In this document: positions 10,101-19,900 of the stretch, one piece after another
How the letters are laid out: each line of letters opens with the position of its first letter
Position numbering within the stretch: position 1 is the stretch's first letter
Assembly: GCA_019358935.1 (NCBI GenBank)
Contig: JAHHIK010000029.1
Span: 1 to 64,000, forward strand
DNA from: Tolypothrix carrinoi HA7290-LM1
GTDB lineage: Bacteria; Cyanobacteriota; Cyanobacteriia; Cyanobacteriales; Nostocaceae
Length of the DNA stretch: 64,000 bases
Reading direction: 5' to 3'
Notes under the pieces: generated by a model
Seen by the model: only the letters and a program-made list of their open reading frames with translations
The model's database searches: none
What the model was told of the DNA's origin: nothing
Position numbers and translations under genes: made by a program

Positions 10101-11291
10101 TTGCACAGATGTTGGAGTATTTTGCAGCACAAACATGACTTCATAAAGTGGATTTCGACTTAAGTCACGTTCGGGGTGCAATTCTTCTACAAGCATCTCG
10201 AAAGGCAAATCTTGATGTGCATAAGCATCGAGAGTCACCTCACGTACTCGATGTAGAAGTTCGCGGAAACTGGGATTACCATTGAGGTTATTACGTAACA
10301 CCAAAGTATTAACAAATAAACCCAGCATTCCTTCTAATTCTGCGCGGTTGCGGTTGGCAATCGGAGAACCAATCACAACATCTTCTTGGTCTGTGTAGTG
10401 GTATAATAGTATGTTAAATGCTGCCAGCAAACTCATAAATAGAGTGGCATCTTCTTGCTGGCTTAATTGTCCGAGTGCATCAGTCAGATTTTTTGAGAAT
10501 GTAAAGTATTGCTTGGCACCAGCAAAACTTGTGACGGTAGGTCGCGGACGGTCTGTGGGTAATTGTAGTACAGGTAACTCACCCTGAAGTTGTTGCTGCC
10601 AATAATTTAATTGGGTTGCGAGAAATTTACCTTGGATGCGATCGCGTTGCCAAATGGTAAAATCTGCATACTGAATGGGGAGTTCAGGCAAGGGAGAGGG
10701 CTGATTTGTAGAGAAAGCAGCGTACAGCGTTGACAATTCCCGCAGGAACACATTACAAGACCATCCATCCGTGATAATATGGTGCATGGTCACAAGCAAA
10801 ACGTGTTCTCCTTTACTCAAGCGCAGTAAAGTTGCTCTGACTAAAAGACATGAAGCTAAATTAAAAGGTTTTTTTGCTTCCCGTGCTGAAAGTTCTTTGA
10901 CTTCTGCTTCCCAATCTTTACCAGACAAATGCTCAAGATTAATCATGGGTAAATCCCAAGTTAATCCTGATGCAATATTTTGCACTGGCTCTCCATTGAC
11001 AAGCGTAAAAGTTGTGCGCCAAACTTCGTGACGCTTGAGGATTTCATTCAGACTTTGCTGAATAGCTGTGATATTAAGTTGACCTTTGATATGAAAAGCG
11101 ATGGGAATATTGTAGAATGAGCTTCCGTGGTAAAGCTGGTCAATAAACCACAGCCTTTGTTGAGAAAAAGATAAGGGAATATTCTGAGAAGATTGACGTT
11201 TGGGAATAATATCAGTTTGAAATTTACCTCCCTTCCATTTTTCTAAAAGGGCTTTTTTTGCAGGTGATAAATTAGAGTTTTTTCTATCCAT
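7194..11291 (-). CDS. Terminal NRPS C-A(beta-Ala-like)-PCP-TE
   Basis: HHIITDG, YTSGSTGTPKG and GGHS PCP motifs; TE reads GHCYG. Hand-read code is about VDWIISLANK. Likely start is MDRKN at 11291 (ORF track 11318). Confidence 0.92.
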   Translation of the reverse strand: MDRKNSNLSPAKKALLEKWKGGKFQTDIIPKRQSSQNIPLSFSQQRLWFIDQLYHGSSFYNIPIAFHIKGQLNITAIQQSLNEILKRHEVWRTTFTLVNGEPVQNIASGLTWDLPMINLEHLSGKDWEAEVKELSAREAKKPFNLASCLLVRATLLRLSKGEHVLLVTMHHIITDGWSCNVFLRELSTLYAAFSTNQPSPLPELPIQYADFTIWQRDRIQGKFLATQLNYWQQQLQGELPVLQLPTDRPRPTVTSFAGAKQYFTFSKNLTDALGQLSQQEDATLFMSLLAAFNILLYHYTDQEDVVIGSPIANRNRAELEGMLGLFVNTLVLRNNLNGNPSFRELLHRVREVTLDAYAHQDLPFEMLVEELHPERDLSRNPLYEVMFVLQNTPTSVQEVSGLTLRTLEFDSGTAQLDIFLSMSESQEGLTGYLEYNTDIFDSTTITQFINNFQTLLENIVTNPEQRLSELSLLTTSEREQLLFKFNQTRADYPQDVSLHQLFEQQVERTPDSLALISQSEELTYRQLNHRVNQLAHYLQKQGITKETLVAICLERSIDMVVGILGVLKAGGAYIPLDPSYPVERLNFMLSDSQASVLITQQEILEKLSLSSAKTVCLDIHKDEIAQESPENPISTSSSDNLAYIIYTSGSTGTPKGVLGTHRGTVNGLHWLWKTYPFTQGEVCCQKTAISFVDSVWEIFAPLLQGIPTVIISNATILDPQLFIETLAHHKVTRIILVPSLLRLLLDNYSHLTKKLSQLKLWITSGEALSVKLVQTFRELIPFAKLINLYGSSEVSANATYYDTSLLPEQASSIPIGRPIDNTQIYVLNRNLQPTPVGVVSELYIGGDGLARGYLHRPELTQERFIDNPFIPGNKLYKTGDLVRYLKDGNLEYFGRHDEQVKIRGFRVELGEIATAIAQHPDVQESVVIASDDAQENQRLIAYVVTDKQDIAVQLLPDLQQKLPNYMLPSAFVVLDALPLTPNGKVDKRSLITDEVLRPNTTQSFVAPRNFTELSLVKLWENLLNTNPIGVTDNFFDLGGHSFLAVRLMAQIEDKFEHNLTLSTLFENPTIEKLATIVSQPSRESSNSPLVAINSSGSKIPFFCMHGAGGGINNYFKLSRRLGEDYPFYALEHTLEQDLPEIISVEETATRYLKEIRQVQPNGPYLLGGHCYGGVLAFEMAQQLQRQSQTVGLLVVIDTILSETRIESTKDDDAKFLLRMAESIKTNNNIDFSIPFEELRVLPLNEQFHLVNKKANFIFSDTEVEDFLHYYKLFRAHVQAMRDYVPLVYPQSITLFRAKEEIIHDFDNPEWSTDDPLLGWGKYYSQPIQVIDVPGDHFSIFVEPHIQQLAKHLRNCIDNAVCKLNK

Positions 11292-11447
11292 TGCTGATAA
11301 ATTTAATTTACAAGCCAAATCATCAAATGAAATCGATTTTATTCAATCTAAGACAGATTGAAAGTTTATTTCTGGAAAAGGGTTCTGTGAATCCATCTGT
11401 TGCATTTATTTTTCACATGGTATAACTCTGCAATTATATTAATTATA

Positions 11448-12218
11448 TTATTGGGTGAGGGATGGTTTTCGACAAACAAAGCAAGCCATACCTGCACTAT
11501 CGTCAGCTCCAAAATCTTTAAGATTATAGTGACTAATGTCTGTAAAACCCACTTTCTCTAGAGCAGACTGCACTTCTGTTAAAAAGAAATCTTTTCTTAG
11601 CCAAGTAGTGTCTGCACGCTTCCAAATACTTTCTATCAATTCAAATCCGGTGACTTTTATTTCCCACATCCTTTCTTCCGGTTTATAGTGGAATATTTCA
11701 ATCAAGGCACATTCGTCATTAACATTAACATGATCGAAAAGTGGGGGAGCAATTTCATGTAACCAATCTGTTATGGGTATTGTGAACACGAATATTCCAT
11801 TATCTCGCATTGCTGCGTAAACGTTTTGGAAAACGGCTGTCAACTCTTCAATATTTAGGATAAAAAGTAAAACATCTTTTGAAAAAACACCATCAAAGCT
11901 TGGTGGTAACTTAAACTCACGTACATCACCAAGGATAAATTCACTCTCAGGTGCGTTTTTTCGGGCATACTCTAACAGTTCTTTAGAAGCATCAAGTCCA
12001 GTCGCTTGATATCCTCTGATATGAAGTTGTTGTACGAACTGGGCGCTACCACAACCGAGATCGAGAATATCCGCTCCCTTAGGAAGATACTGTAACATTA
12101 ATTGTTCTAAAGCAGGAATGACGAATTCAACTATTTCTTGATGCGAAGTCTTAAGTTCGTTTTGCATTCGAGCAAACGGCTCATAATTTGGAAAAGGAGA
12201 ATAAATTGCTAAAGACAT
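11448..12218 (-). CDS. Class I SAM-dependent methyltransferase
   Basis: ILDLGCGS motif I, TGLDAS and FILGDVR. Confidence 0.88.
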   Translation of the reverse strand: MSLAIYSPFPNYEPFARMQNELKTSHQEIVEFVIPALEQLMLQYLPKGADILDLGCGSAQFVQQLHIRGYQATGLDASKELLEYARKNAPESEFILGDVREFKLPPSFDGVFSKDVLLFILNIEELTAVFQNVYAAMRDNGIFVFTIPITDWLHEIAPPLFDHVNVNDECALIEIFHYKPEERMWEIKVTGFELIESIWKRADTTWLRKDFFLTEVQSALEKVGFTDISHYNLKDFGADDSAGMACFVCRKPSLTQ

Positions 12219-12263
12219 CAGCTTGTTTTCCTGTTCTTAACTAAAGGTTTCAAATCAAAAATA

Positions 12264-15200
12264 TTATTCATTATTGTTCAAAAAAACTTCTACTTCTTCT
12301 TCAGATAATTCTTCAATCTTTTCTAACAGAAGTTTTTCAATCATTTCTGCTTGTAATCGTGGAATCATTCCTTGCGATAAAAGGTCACGTAGTGGTAAGT
12401 CTACGGGAAATCTTCCTCGCAATCGAGAAACTAATTTAGTTGCAATGAGGGAGTCTCCTCCTAACTCATAGAAATTATCGTAAATACCAACTTCCGCAAT
12501 TCCAAGTACTTCTTGCCATATTTCTGTAATTTGCTTTTCTAACTCATTTTTCGGAGCAATATAGGTATTACTAAGGTTAGGTCTGCAATAACGCGGTGAT
12601 GAATCTAATTGATTTAAATATTTTGAATTTGCTAAAGAGTCGAGATTAAATGTATGGTTTTTTCTAGCATTAATATCTACTGTAGAAATAATAATCTGAG
12701 TTCTTTCCCTTAAATAAAATATTCGCTTAAATACTTCTACAGCTTCTGTTGGGGTAATAGCTAATTCTGACCCAGATACTTGCTCAAGTATTGTTTCTTC
12801 TTGGTTTGCATTCAGTTGTAATTTATCCCAATTTATAGTATACCACGACAAAGAATTATTTTGATTATGTCGGTTAGTAAAAATATCAATCAATTGATTA
12901 CCTGCTGAATATAAGCCTAATCCAAATCCTCCTAAAATGGAAGATAAAGAAGAAAAAATTATACAAAAATCTAAGTTGATATTCTGTAAAACTTCTTCTA
13001 ATACTGTAATTTTACAAACTTGTGAATCCAATAATTTTTGTAATTCTATTTTACAAATTTCTGGAATGGAACCAAATATATTTTCGCGCTTTATTCCGGC
13101 TGAATAAATGACCCCGTTAATTTGTCCAATATTTTCGTATGCAAGGCTTTGAGACATTTGCTCATAATTAGTTGTATCTGCACGCATTAGCAAAATTTTT
13201 GCACCTAATTTCTCTAATGCAAGCAATTGTTGAATTTTGTAACTCACTTCATCATCTGGAGTATGAGTTTCAAGCCATTGTGAGAAATCATCTTTTTCTG
13301 GGAAAGCTAAATCCTCAATAAATATGAGTTGTGCTTGGAAAGTTTTTGTTAAATATTCTGCAAGCACAACTTCAATACTTTCTAAACCACCAGGAAACAG
13401 GTAAACACCCTGTTTTCTCAATGGTGTTTTTTCGTTAACAACTGACTGCAAGCAAACTGGCTCAAATGTTTGTATCCAACGGTAGCGATCGCGATAAGCA
13501 ACTACCATGTCTGAGGATACAGAGGTTAACTCATCCAAAAGTTTGTCAATAATATTACTCTCACAATCTTCTTGTCCTCTCTCTGCGTCTCTGTGGTTAG
13601 TTAAAGCAATATCAATACATCGACATGTAATATTAGGATACTCTTGAGGAATGACTTTACATAAACCTAATATTGCTGCTTTTTCTGGGTCTAGTTTTTC
13701 ATTCCCATTGACCTCTTGGATGTTGTTCGATACAACCCAAAGTTGTAAGCGATCGCTAATTTTCAGCTTACTAAGGCTCTGCGTTAAAAATAGTAAACTG
13801 TTGAATTCTAAATAATTTTCTGCTTGACGATTTTCAACTTTAGAACTTACGCTCCATAAATAAGCAATGTGTTCGGGGTTTTGGCCTAATGATATTAATT
13901 TTTTAAGTAAGGTATCATAGTCTTCATTTTTGCATGGATTAATTGTATAAATACCCACACTGAGTTTGCTAAACTGCTCTCCTTTTTGAACAGTAATGAC
14001 ATTTTTACCTTGATTTTTAAACGCATCAATTAGTTTTTTTCCTACTCCCAAATCATCCACAAAAAACAGCCATTTTTCTTCTGTAGATTTTATTTGGTCG
14101 GAGGATGAATGAGGCAGCAAAGAGCGCTTCCATGAAAGAACATAAAACCAGTCAGCAATATCTTGTTTCTTATCTAATGTTGTTGGTCTTCTATTTACAG
14201 AAGGAGATGGAGATTTCGCATCAATCCAGTACCTTTGTCGTTCAAAGGGGTAAGTCGGCAAAGGTAGACGATGACGCTGCTCGTGGGTATAAAATCCCGA
14301 CCAATCTATTTCTACACCATCAAGCCACAGCCGACCTAATATTTGTAATAAAAAGCTAACATCCGATTGTTGCTCTTTAACATGGCGTAACGAAGTCAAT
14401 ACCTGTTGTTTGGTATTTTTATCTAAATGCTGTGTTGTTAATGTGCTTAAAGTTCGCCCTGGTCCTACCTCGAAAAAAATGCCTTTAAACTGCTGTATCA
14501 ATTGGGATATACCATCTGAAAATCTCACAGTTTGTCGTAAATGTTGACTCCAGTAGTTAGGATTTGTAGCTTGTTCATCCGTAATCCAACTACCAGTTAC
14601 ATTAGAAATAAAGCGTATGCGTGGTGGATTCAGTTTGACTGTTTTCACCAATTGCACAAATTCCTCTAATATTGGTGACATCATGTGAGAATGGAAGGCA
14701 TGAGACGTATGCAACAGCCGACATTCAATTTCTTGAGACGATAATTGTTTTTGTAATGTAGCGATCGCTTCGTTTGTTCCGGAAACTACACAAGAAGATG
14801 GGCTGTTAACAACTGCAATTTGTAGAGAATTTTTATACAACGTCTGTGCAGACAGTAGCAACTGCACATCTTTTTCTGGCAGCCTAATTGCCAGCATACC
14901 TCCTGTGGCTACTTGTTGCATCAGTTGTCCCCTTTTTGCCACAATGAATACGGCATCTTCGAGAGAAAATACACCTGCGATCGTCGCTGCGACATATTCC
15001 CCAATACTATGACCAATCATTGCTTCTGGACGTATCCCCCATGACATCAATAACTGAGCCAAGGCGTACTCTGTAACAAATAATGCGCTTTGGGTGAAGG
15101 CTGTTTGTTGTAGTTGCTTTGAAGCAGTTTCGGTATCTTGTTCGCTGGGGTAAAGTAAGGAGCGGATATCAAGACCAAGGTGGGGTTGCAAAATCTGGGC

Positions 15201-16892
15201 GCAAGTATCTACGTGTTTTTTAAACGTCGGTTCTACTTCATATAGTTCCCGACCCATGTTTGCATACTGTGACCCTTGTCCGGAAAACATGAAAATGACT
15301 GGCTGTTCTCTATGCTCCTGGCATACAGTAAAAATCCGTTCCTGCTCCTGTGTTTCCAAAACGCTTACAGCATCTTTAACACTTTGACACACCAACATTC
15401 GGCGATGGTTAAAAGCTCTACGACCCACTTTTAGAGTATGAGCGACATTGGCTAAATTTATATCTGGATGCTGTTTTAAATACGTAACCAAATTTGCAGT
15501 CGCAGTTTCAAGTGCTGAGCTGGTTTTAGCTGATACTAATATCAATTGCCAAGGTCTAGAGTCATCACAATATTTAATCTCAGGGGCTTCTTCCAGAATC
15601 ACATGGGCATTAGTTCCACCAAAACCTAAGGAACTAACTCCTGCTAGACGGGGAGTATTATTAGCTTTCCACTCAGTAAGTTTAGTATTGACGTAGAAGG
15701 GACTATTTACAAAATCAATTTCAGGATTGGGAGCTTCAAAATTTAAGCTAGGAGGTATTTGTTTATATTTCAATGCTAAAACGGTTTTGATAAGACTCGC
15801 TACACCAGATGCTATATCTAGATGTCCGATGTTTGGTTTTACTGAACCTATAGCGCAGAAGCCATTTCTCTGTGTAAAAGCACGAAAAGCTTTAGTGAGC
15901 GCAGCAATTTCCACTGGATCTCCAGTAGCAGTTCCAGTTCCATGAGTTTCTATATAAGAAATATCATCAGCATTAATTCCAGCATTTGCCAGAGCCTCTA
16001 CAACAACTTCAGCCTGACCATTTACACTAGGTGCTGTATAGCTAACTTTTAAGGAACCGTCATTATTGATTGCTGAACCTTTAATAACTGCATGAATATA
16101 ATCTCTATCTGCAATAGCATCTTTTAATCTTTTTAAGACGACTATTCCAAGTCCACTGCCGAAAATAGTACCCTGTGCTTTAGCATCAAAGGCTCGACAA
16201 TGACCATCAGGAGACAAAATTCCGTCTTCTTGATAGAAGTAACCTGACTTTTGTGGAACTACAATCGTAACCCCACCTGCTAAAGCAATATCACACTCTT
16301 CATCTAGTAGACTTTTGCAGGCTAAATGTACAGCAACTAATGAAGTAGAACAGTAAGTTTGAATACCTACACTTGGCCCTTTTAAATTTAATTTATACGA
16401 AATATTTGTGGTCAAAAAATCTTTATTCAGAGTATAGTTAGTATAAATATTTATTAAATTAACGTTTTCATATATATTGTGAAAAAAGTAACTATTTGTA
16501 CTTATACCAGCGTAAACCCCAATCAAACCTTTATAAGTTTCTGGATCATATCCAGCGTTTTCAAGAGATGACCAGGCACATTCCATGAAGAGGCGATTTT
16601 GGGGGTCCATTACTTCAGCTTCTCTAGGGCTGCAACCAAAGAACCTAGCATCAAAATACTCAATATCTTCTAGTACAGGTGCTGCTTTAACATAATTGGG
16701 ATCCTTTAAAACTTCCTCTTCCAGATTTAAATCTACTAAGTCATGATTGGAGAAAAATGAAATAGACTCAACACCATTTTGAAGATTATGCCAAAAATCA
16801 TCAAGATTTTTGGCACCAGGTAAATGACCGGACATTCCTACTATTGCTATATCTATATTTCCTGTTTGTTCTTGTTTTATTTGGGTAGTCAT
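12264..16892 (-). CDS. Type I PKS KS-AT(malonyl)-KR(likely inactive)-ACP
   Basis: KS TYCSTS/HGTGT/NIGHL; AT GHSIG and HAFH; KR NADPH motif degenerate (PGGLESIE); ACP GGDSL. Confidence 0.93.
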   Translation of the reverse strand: MTTQIKQEQTGNIDIAIVGMSGHLPGAKNLDDFWHNLQNGVESISFFSNHDLVDLNLEEEVLKDPNYVKAAPVLEDIEYFDARFFGCSPREAEVMDPQNRLFMECAWSSLENAGYDPETYKGLIGVYAGISTNSYFFHNIYENVNLINIYTNYTLNKDFLTTNISYKLNLKGPSVGIQTYCSTSLVAVHLACKSLLDEECDIALAGGVTIVVPQKSGYFYQEDGILSPDGHCRAFDAKAQGTIFGSGLGIVVLKRLKDAIADRDYIHAVIKGSAINNDGSLKVSYTAPSVNGQAEVVVEALANAGINADDISYIETHGTGTATGDPVEIAALTKAFRAFTQRNGFCAIGSVKPNIGHLDIASGVASLIKTVLALKYKQIPPSLNFEAPNPEIDFVNSPFYVNTKLTEWKANNTPRLAGVSSLGFGGTNAHVILEEAPEIKYCDDSRPWQLILVSAKTSSALETATANLVTYLKQHPDINLANVAHTLKVGRRAFNHRRMLVCQSVKDAVSVLETQEQERIFTVCQEHREQPVIFMFSGQGSQYANMGRELYEVEPTFKKHVDTCAQILQPHLGLDIRSLLYPSEQDTETASKQLQQTAFTQSALFVTEYALAQLLMSWGIRPEAMIGHSIGEYVAATIAGVFSLEDAVFIVAKRGQLMQQVATGGMLAIRLPEKDVQLLLSAQTLYKNSLQIAVVNSPSSCVVSGTNEAIATLQKQLSSQEIECRLLHTSHAFHSHMMSPILEEFVQLVKTVKLNPPRIRFISNVTGSWITDEQATNPNYWSQHLRQTVRFSDGISQLIQQFKGIFFEVGPGRTLSTLTTQHLDKNTKQQVLTSLRHVKEQQSDVSFLLQILGRLWLDGVEIDWSGFYTHEQRHRLPLPTYPFERQRYWIDAKSPSPSVNRRPTTLDKKQDIADWFYVLSWKRSLLPHSSSDQIKSTEEKWLFFVDDLGVGKKLIDAFKNQGKNVITVQKGEQFSKLSVGIYTINPCKNEDYDTLLKKLISLGQNPEHIAYLWSVSSKVENRQAENYLEFNSLLFLTQSLSKLKISDRLQLWVVSNNIQEVNGNEKLDPEKAAILGLCKVIPQEYPNITCRCIDIALTNHRDAERGQEDCESNIIDKLLDELTSVSSDMVVAYRDRYRWIQTFEPVCLQSVVNEKTPLRKQGVYLFPGGLESIEVVLAEYLTKTFQAQLIFIEDLAFPEKDDFSQWLETHTPDDEVSYKIQQLLALEKLGAKILLMRADTTNYEQMSQSLAYENIGQINGVIYSAGIKRENIFGSIPEICKIELQKLLDSQVCKITVLEEVLQNINLDFCIIFSSLSSILGGFGLGLYSAGNQLIDIFTNRHNQNNSLSWYTINWDKLQLNANQEETILEQVSGSELAITPTEAVEVFKRIFYLRERTQIIISTVDINARKNHTFNLDSLANSKYLNQLDSSPRYCRPNLSNTYIAPKNELEKQITEIWQEVLGIAEVGIYDNFYELGGDSLIATKLVSRLRGRFPVDLPLRDLLSQGMIPRLQAEMIEKLLLEKIEELSEEEVEVFLNNNE
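14221..15300. repeat. Duplicated AT-domain region, copy 1 (copy 2 at ~18922-20002)
   Basis: Long identical stretches at an offset of about 4.7 kb, confined to the AT and post-AT linker. Confidence 0.85.
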
Positions 16893-16937
16893 AATTTCCC
16901 GAATCAGATAAATTAAATTAACTTAGGTTAAGATGTT

Positions 16938-19900
16938 TTAGTTACTTTGCATTTTTATTTGCCTTCTTCTCTGCCCTCGGCTTAGTCTTTGTTCAAAAGC
17001 ATTTTCCTGAGATTCTTCAGGAGTAAAAATCTTTGCCATAGAGCTGATATTCGGACATTCATAAAGTTTAGCAACAGAAATCTTTGAATTAAATCCCTTA
17101 TTTAAGATTGCAATAACTTGAATCCCTATAAGAGAATCACCACCAACTTCAAAAAAATTATCATAGATTCCTATCAGTTCAATTCCAAGAACATCTTGCC
17201 AGATATTGGCAATCTTTTGCTCAATTTCATTTCGAGGAGCAACATAATCATTACTTAGTTCAGGTCGGGGATATTTGGAGTAGGATGGATTGACAGTCTC
17301 TAAAAATTCTAGGACTTGTGTCTCTTTGTAAGAATTGTCCTTTTTGAGTGTATTTAAGAAGTCAGAGGTAGATACTACAACTTGAGGTATTGTATTTCCT
17401 AAAATGCGTAGAAAAGCATCTACACCTTCATTCGGCAATATACCTTGTTGAAGATTTTCTATTCGCAATTGTTGGAGTCGTTGGGGCAATTCTGTGTTCG
17501 CCGCCATTCCAATTTCTTGCCAAGTATCCCAGTTAATACTTGTAGTAAATCTGCCCTGTTTTGAAGCATTACAATGAGCAAAGGCATCAAGAAAAGCATT
17601 TGCTCCACAATAGTCTACCTGTCCAAATTCCCCTAAAATTGAGCTTTTTGATGATGCTAGAATCAAGAAATCTAACTGAATATCTTTGACAATTGCATTA
17701 ATAACTATTGTCCCCTTGACTTTCGCAGCCAGAATACTTTCTGCTTCTGCTTGAGTTTTTCCCTGAATTATACCGCCTCCAGAAACTCCAGCAGCATGGA
17801 TGACACCATTAAGTTGACCAAATTGTTGTTGAGCTTGAGCAACAGCACTTTGCATTTGTTCTATGTTGCTCACATCAGCACTCATCATCAAAACTTCTGC
17901 ACCTAAGTTTTCGAGTTCTTGAACTTTGCGAATTTTGCAGCTAGTGCTATCAGTCTCATCATGAGTAGTGAGCCATTGTTCCCACTCATTTTTTTTTGGC
18001 AAAGCAGAACGTCCTATCAACACTAGTTTTGCTTGTACAGTTCGAGCTAAGTATTCTGCCAAAACAAGTCCGATACCTCCGAGTCCACCTGTAATTAAAT
18101 AGACTCCTTTTTCTTTTAGTCGAGGCTTTTCTATTTTAGCTTTATCGAAGCGCACAGGCTCAAAACTCTGTACCCAACGATTCAAACCTCGATAAGCAAT
18201 TAGCTTTTCAGAATCAGAAACTGTCAGTTCTGCCAGTATTTTTTCTACAAGTGTTTCTTCTTGCCAACTGCCGTGTTCTGGAAGTATAACATCAATACTA
18301 CGACAGTTTATATTTGAATATTCTTGAGATATAACTTTAATTGGTCCAAGTAAAGTGGCTTTCTCCGGACAAAGCATTTCAGTTCCACTTACTGACTGTA
18401 GGTCATTAGAAATAACTGTGATTTCTACTTCATCAGTAGTTTCTTGTCTTCCCAAAGCTTGGGCAATAAATAGGAGACTGTAAAATCCTGTTGTTTGAGC
18501 TTTGTCAACTTGTTCAATTTCTAATTCTTGGTCACTACTAGGTGTGACACTCCATAAATGAACAATCGTTTTTGGCAACTTTTTTTGTTTTAAAAGCTCC
18601 TGCATAAGAAGATCATAATCATGATTTTTTTCTGGATTGATAGTATATTGAGACTCATTTAGTAGGGTAAAGTTTTCACCAACTTTTACAGTAATTATAT
18701 CCTGGTTTTGTGTTTCTAATTGTTTAACCAACTTGCTACCCAAGCCACACTCATCGATAAACACCAAAGTGCAAGATTTTTGAGATGCTAATTCTTGATG
18801 TTCGAGTTGTACAGGAGGTAAAGAAGGTTTCCAAAAAGGGATATAAAACCAGTCGGCTATATCAGGTTTTTTACCCAGTGATATTGAAGTGTGACGATCG
18901 CCTTGTCCTTGCTTGTTAGGTTCAATCCAGTACCTTTGTCGTTCAAAGGGATAAGTCGGCAAAGGTAGACGATGACGCTGCTCGTGGGTATAAAATCCCG
19001 ACCAATCTATTTCTACACCATTAAGCCACAGCCGACCTAATATTTGTAATAAAAAGCTAACATCCGATTGTTGCTCTTTAACATGGCGTAACGAAGTCAA
19101 TACCTGTTGTTTGGTATTTTTATCTAAATGCTGTGTCGTTAATGTGCTTAAAGTTCGCCCTGGTCCTACCTCCAAAAAAATGCCTTCAAACTGCCTTAAC
19201 AGTTGCGATATTCCATTTGAAAATCTTACAGTTTCTCGTAAATGTTGACTCCAGTAATTAGGATTTGTGGCTTGTTCATCCGTAATCCAACTACCAGTTA
19301 CATTAGAAATAAAGCGTATGCGTGGTGGATTCAGTTTGACTGTTTTGATAGCCTCAATAAATGCTGACAATATTGGTTCCATCATTTGGGAATGGAAGGC
19401 ATGAGATGTATGCAACAGTTGACATTCAACTTGTTGAGAGGATAATTGATTTTTTAGTATAGCGATCGCTTCGTCTGTTCCAGAAACAACACAGGACGAT
19501 GGGCTGTTAATAACTGCGATTTGTAGATATTTTTTATACAACGTTTGTGCAGACAGCAGCAACTGCACATCTTTTTCTGGAAGCCTAATTGCCAGCATAC
19601 TTCCTGTGGGTACTTGTTGCATCAGTTGTCCCCTTTTTGCCACAATGAATACGGCATCTTCGAGAGAAAATACACCTGCGATCGTCGCTGCGACATATTC
19701 CCCAATACTATGACCAATCATTGCTTCTGGACGTATCCCCCATGACATCAATAACTGAGCCAAGGCGTACTCTGTAACAAATAATGCGCTTTGGGTGAGG
19801 GCTGTTTGTTGTAGTTGCTTTGAAACAGTTTCAGTATCTTGTTCGTTGGGATAAAGTAGGGAGCGGATATCAAGACCGAGGTGGGGTTGCAAAATCAGAG

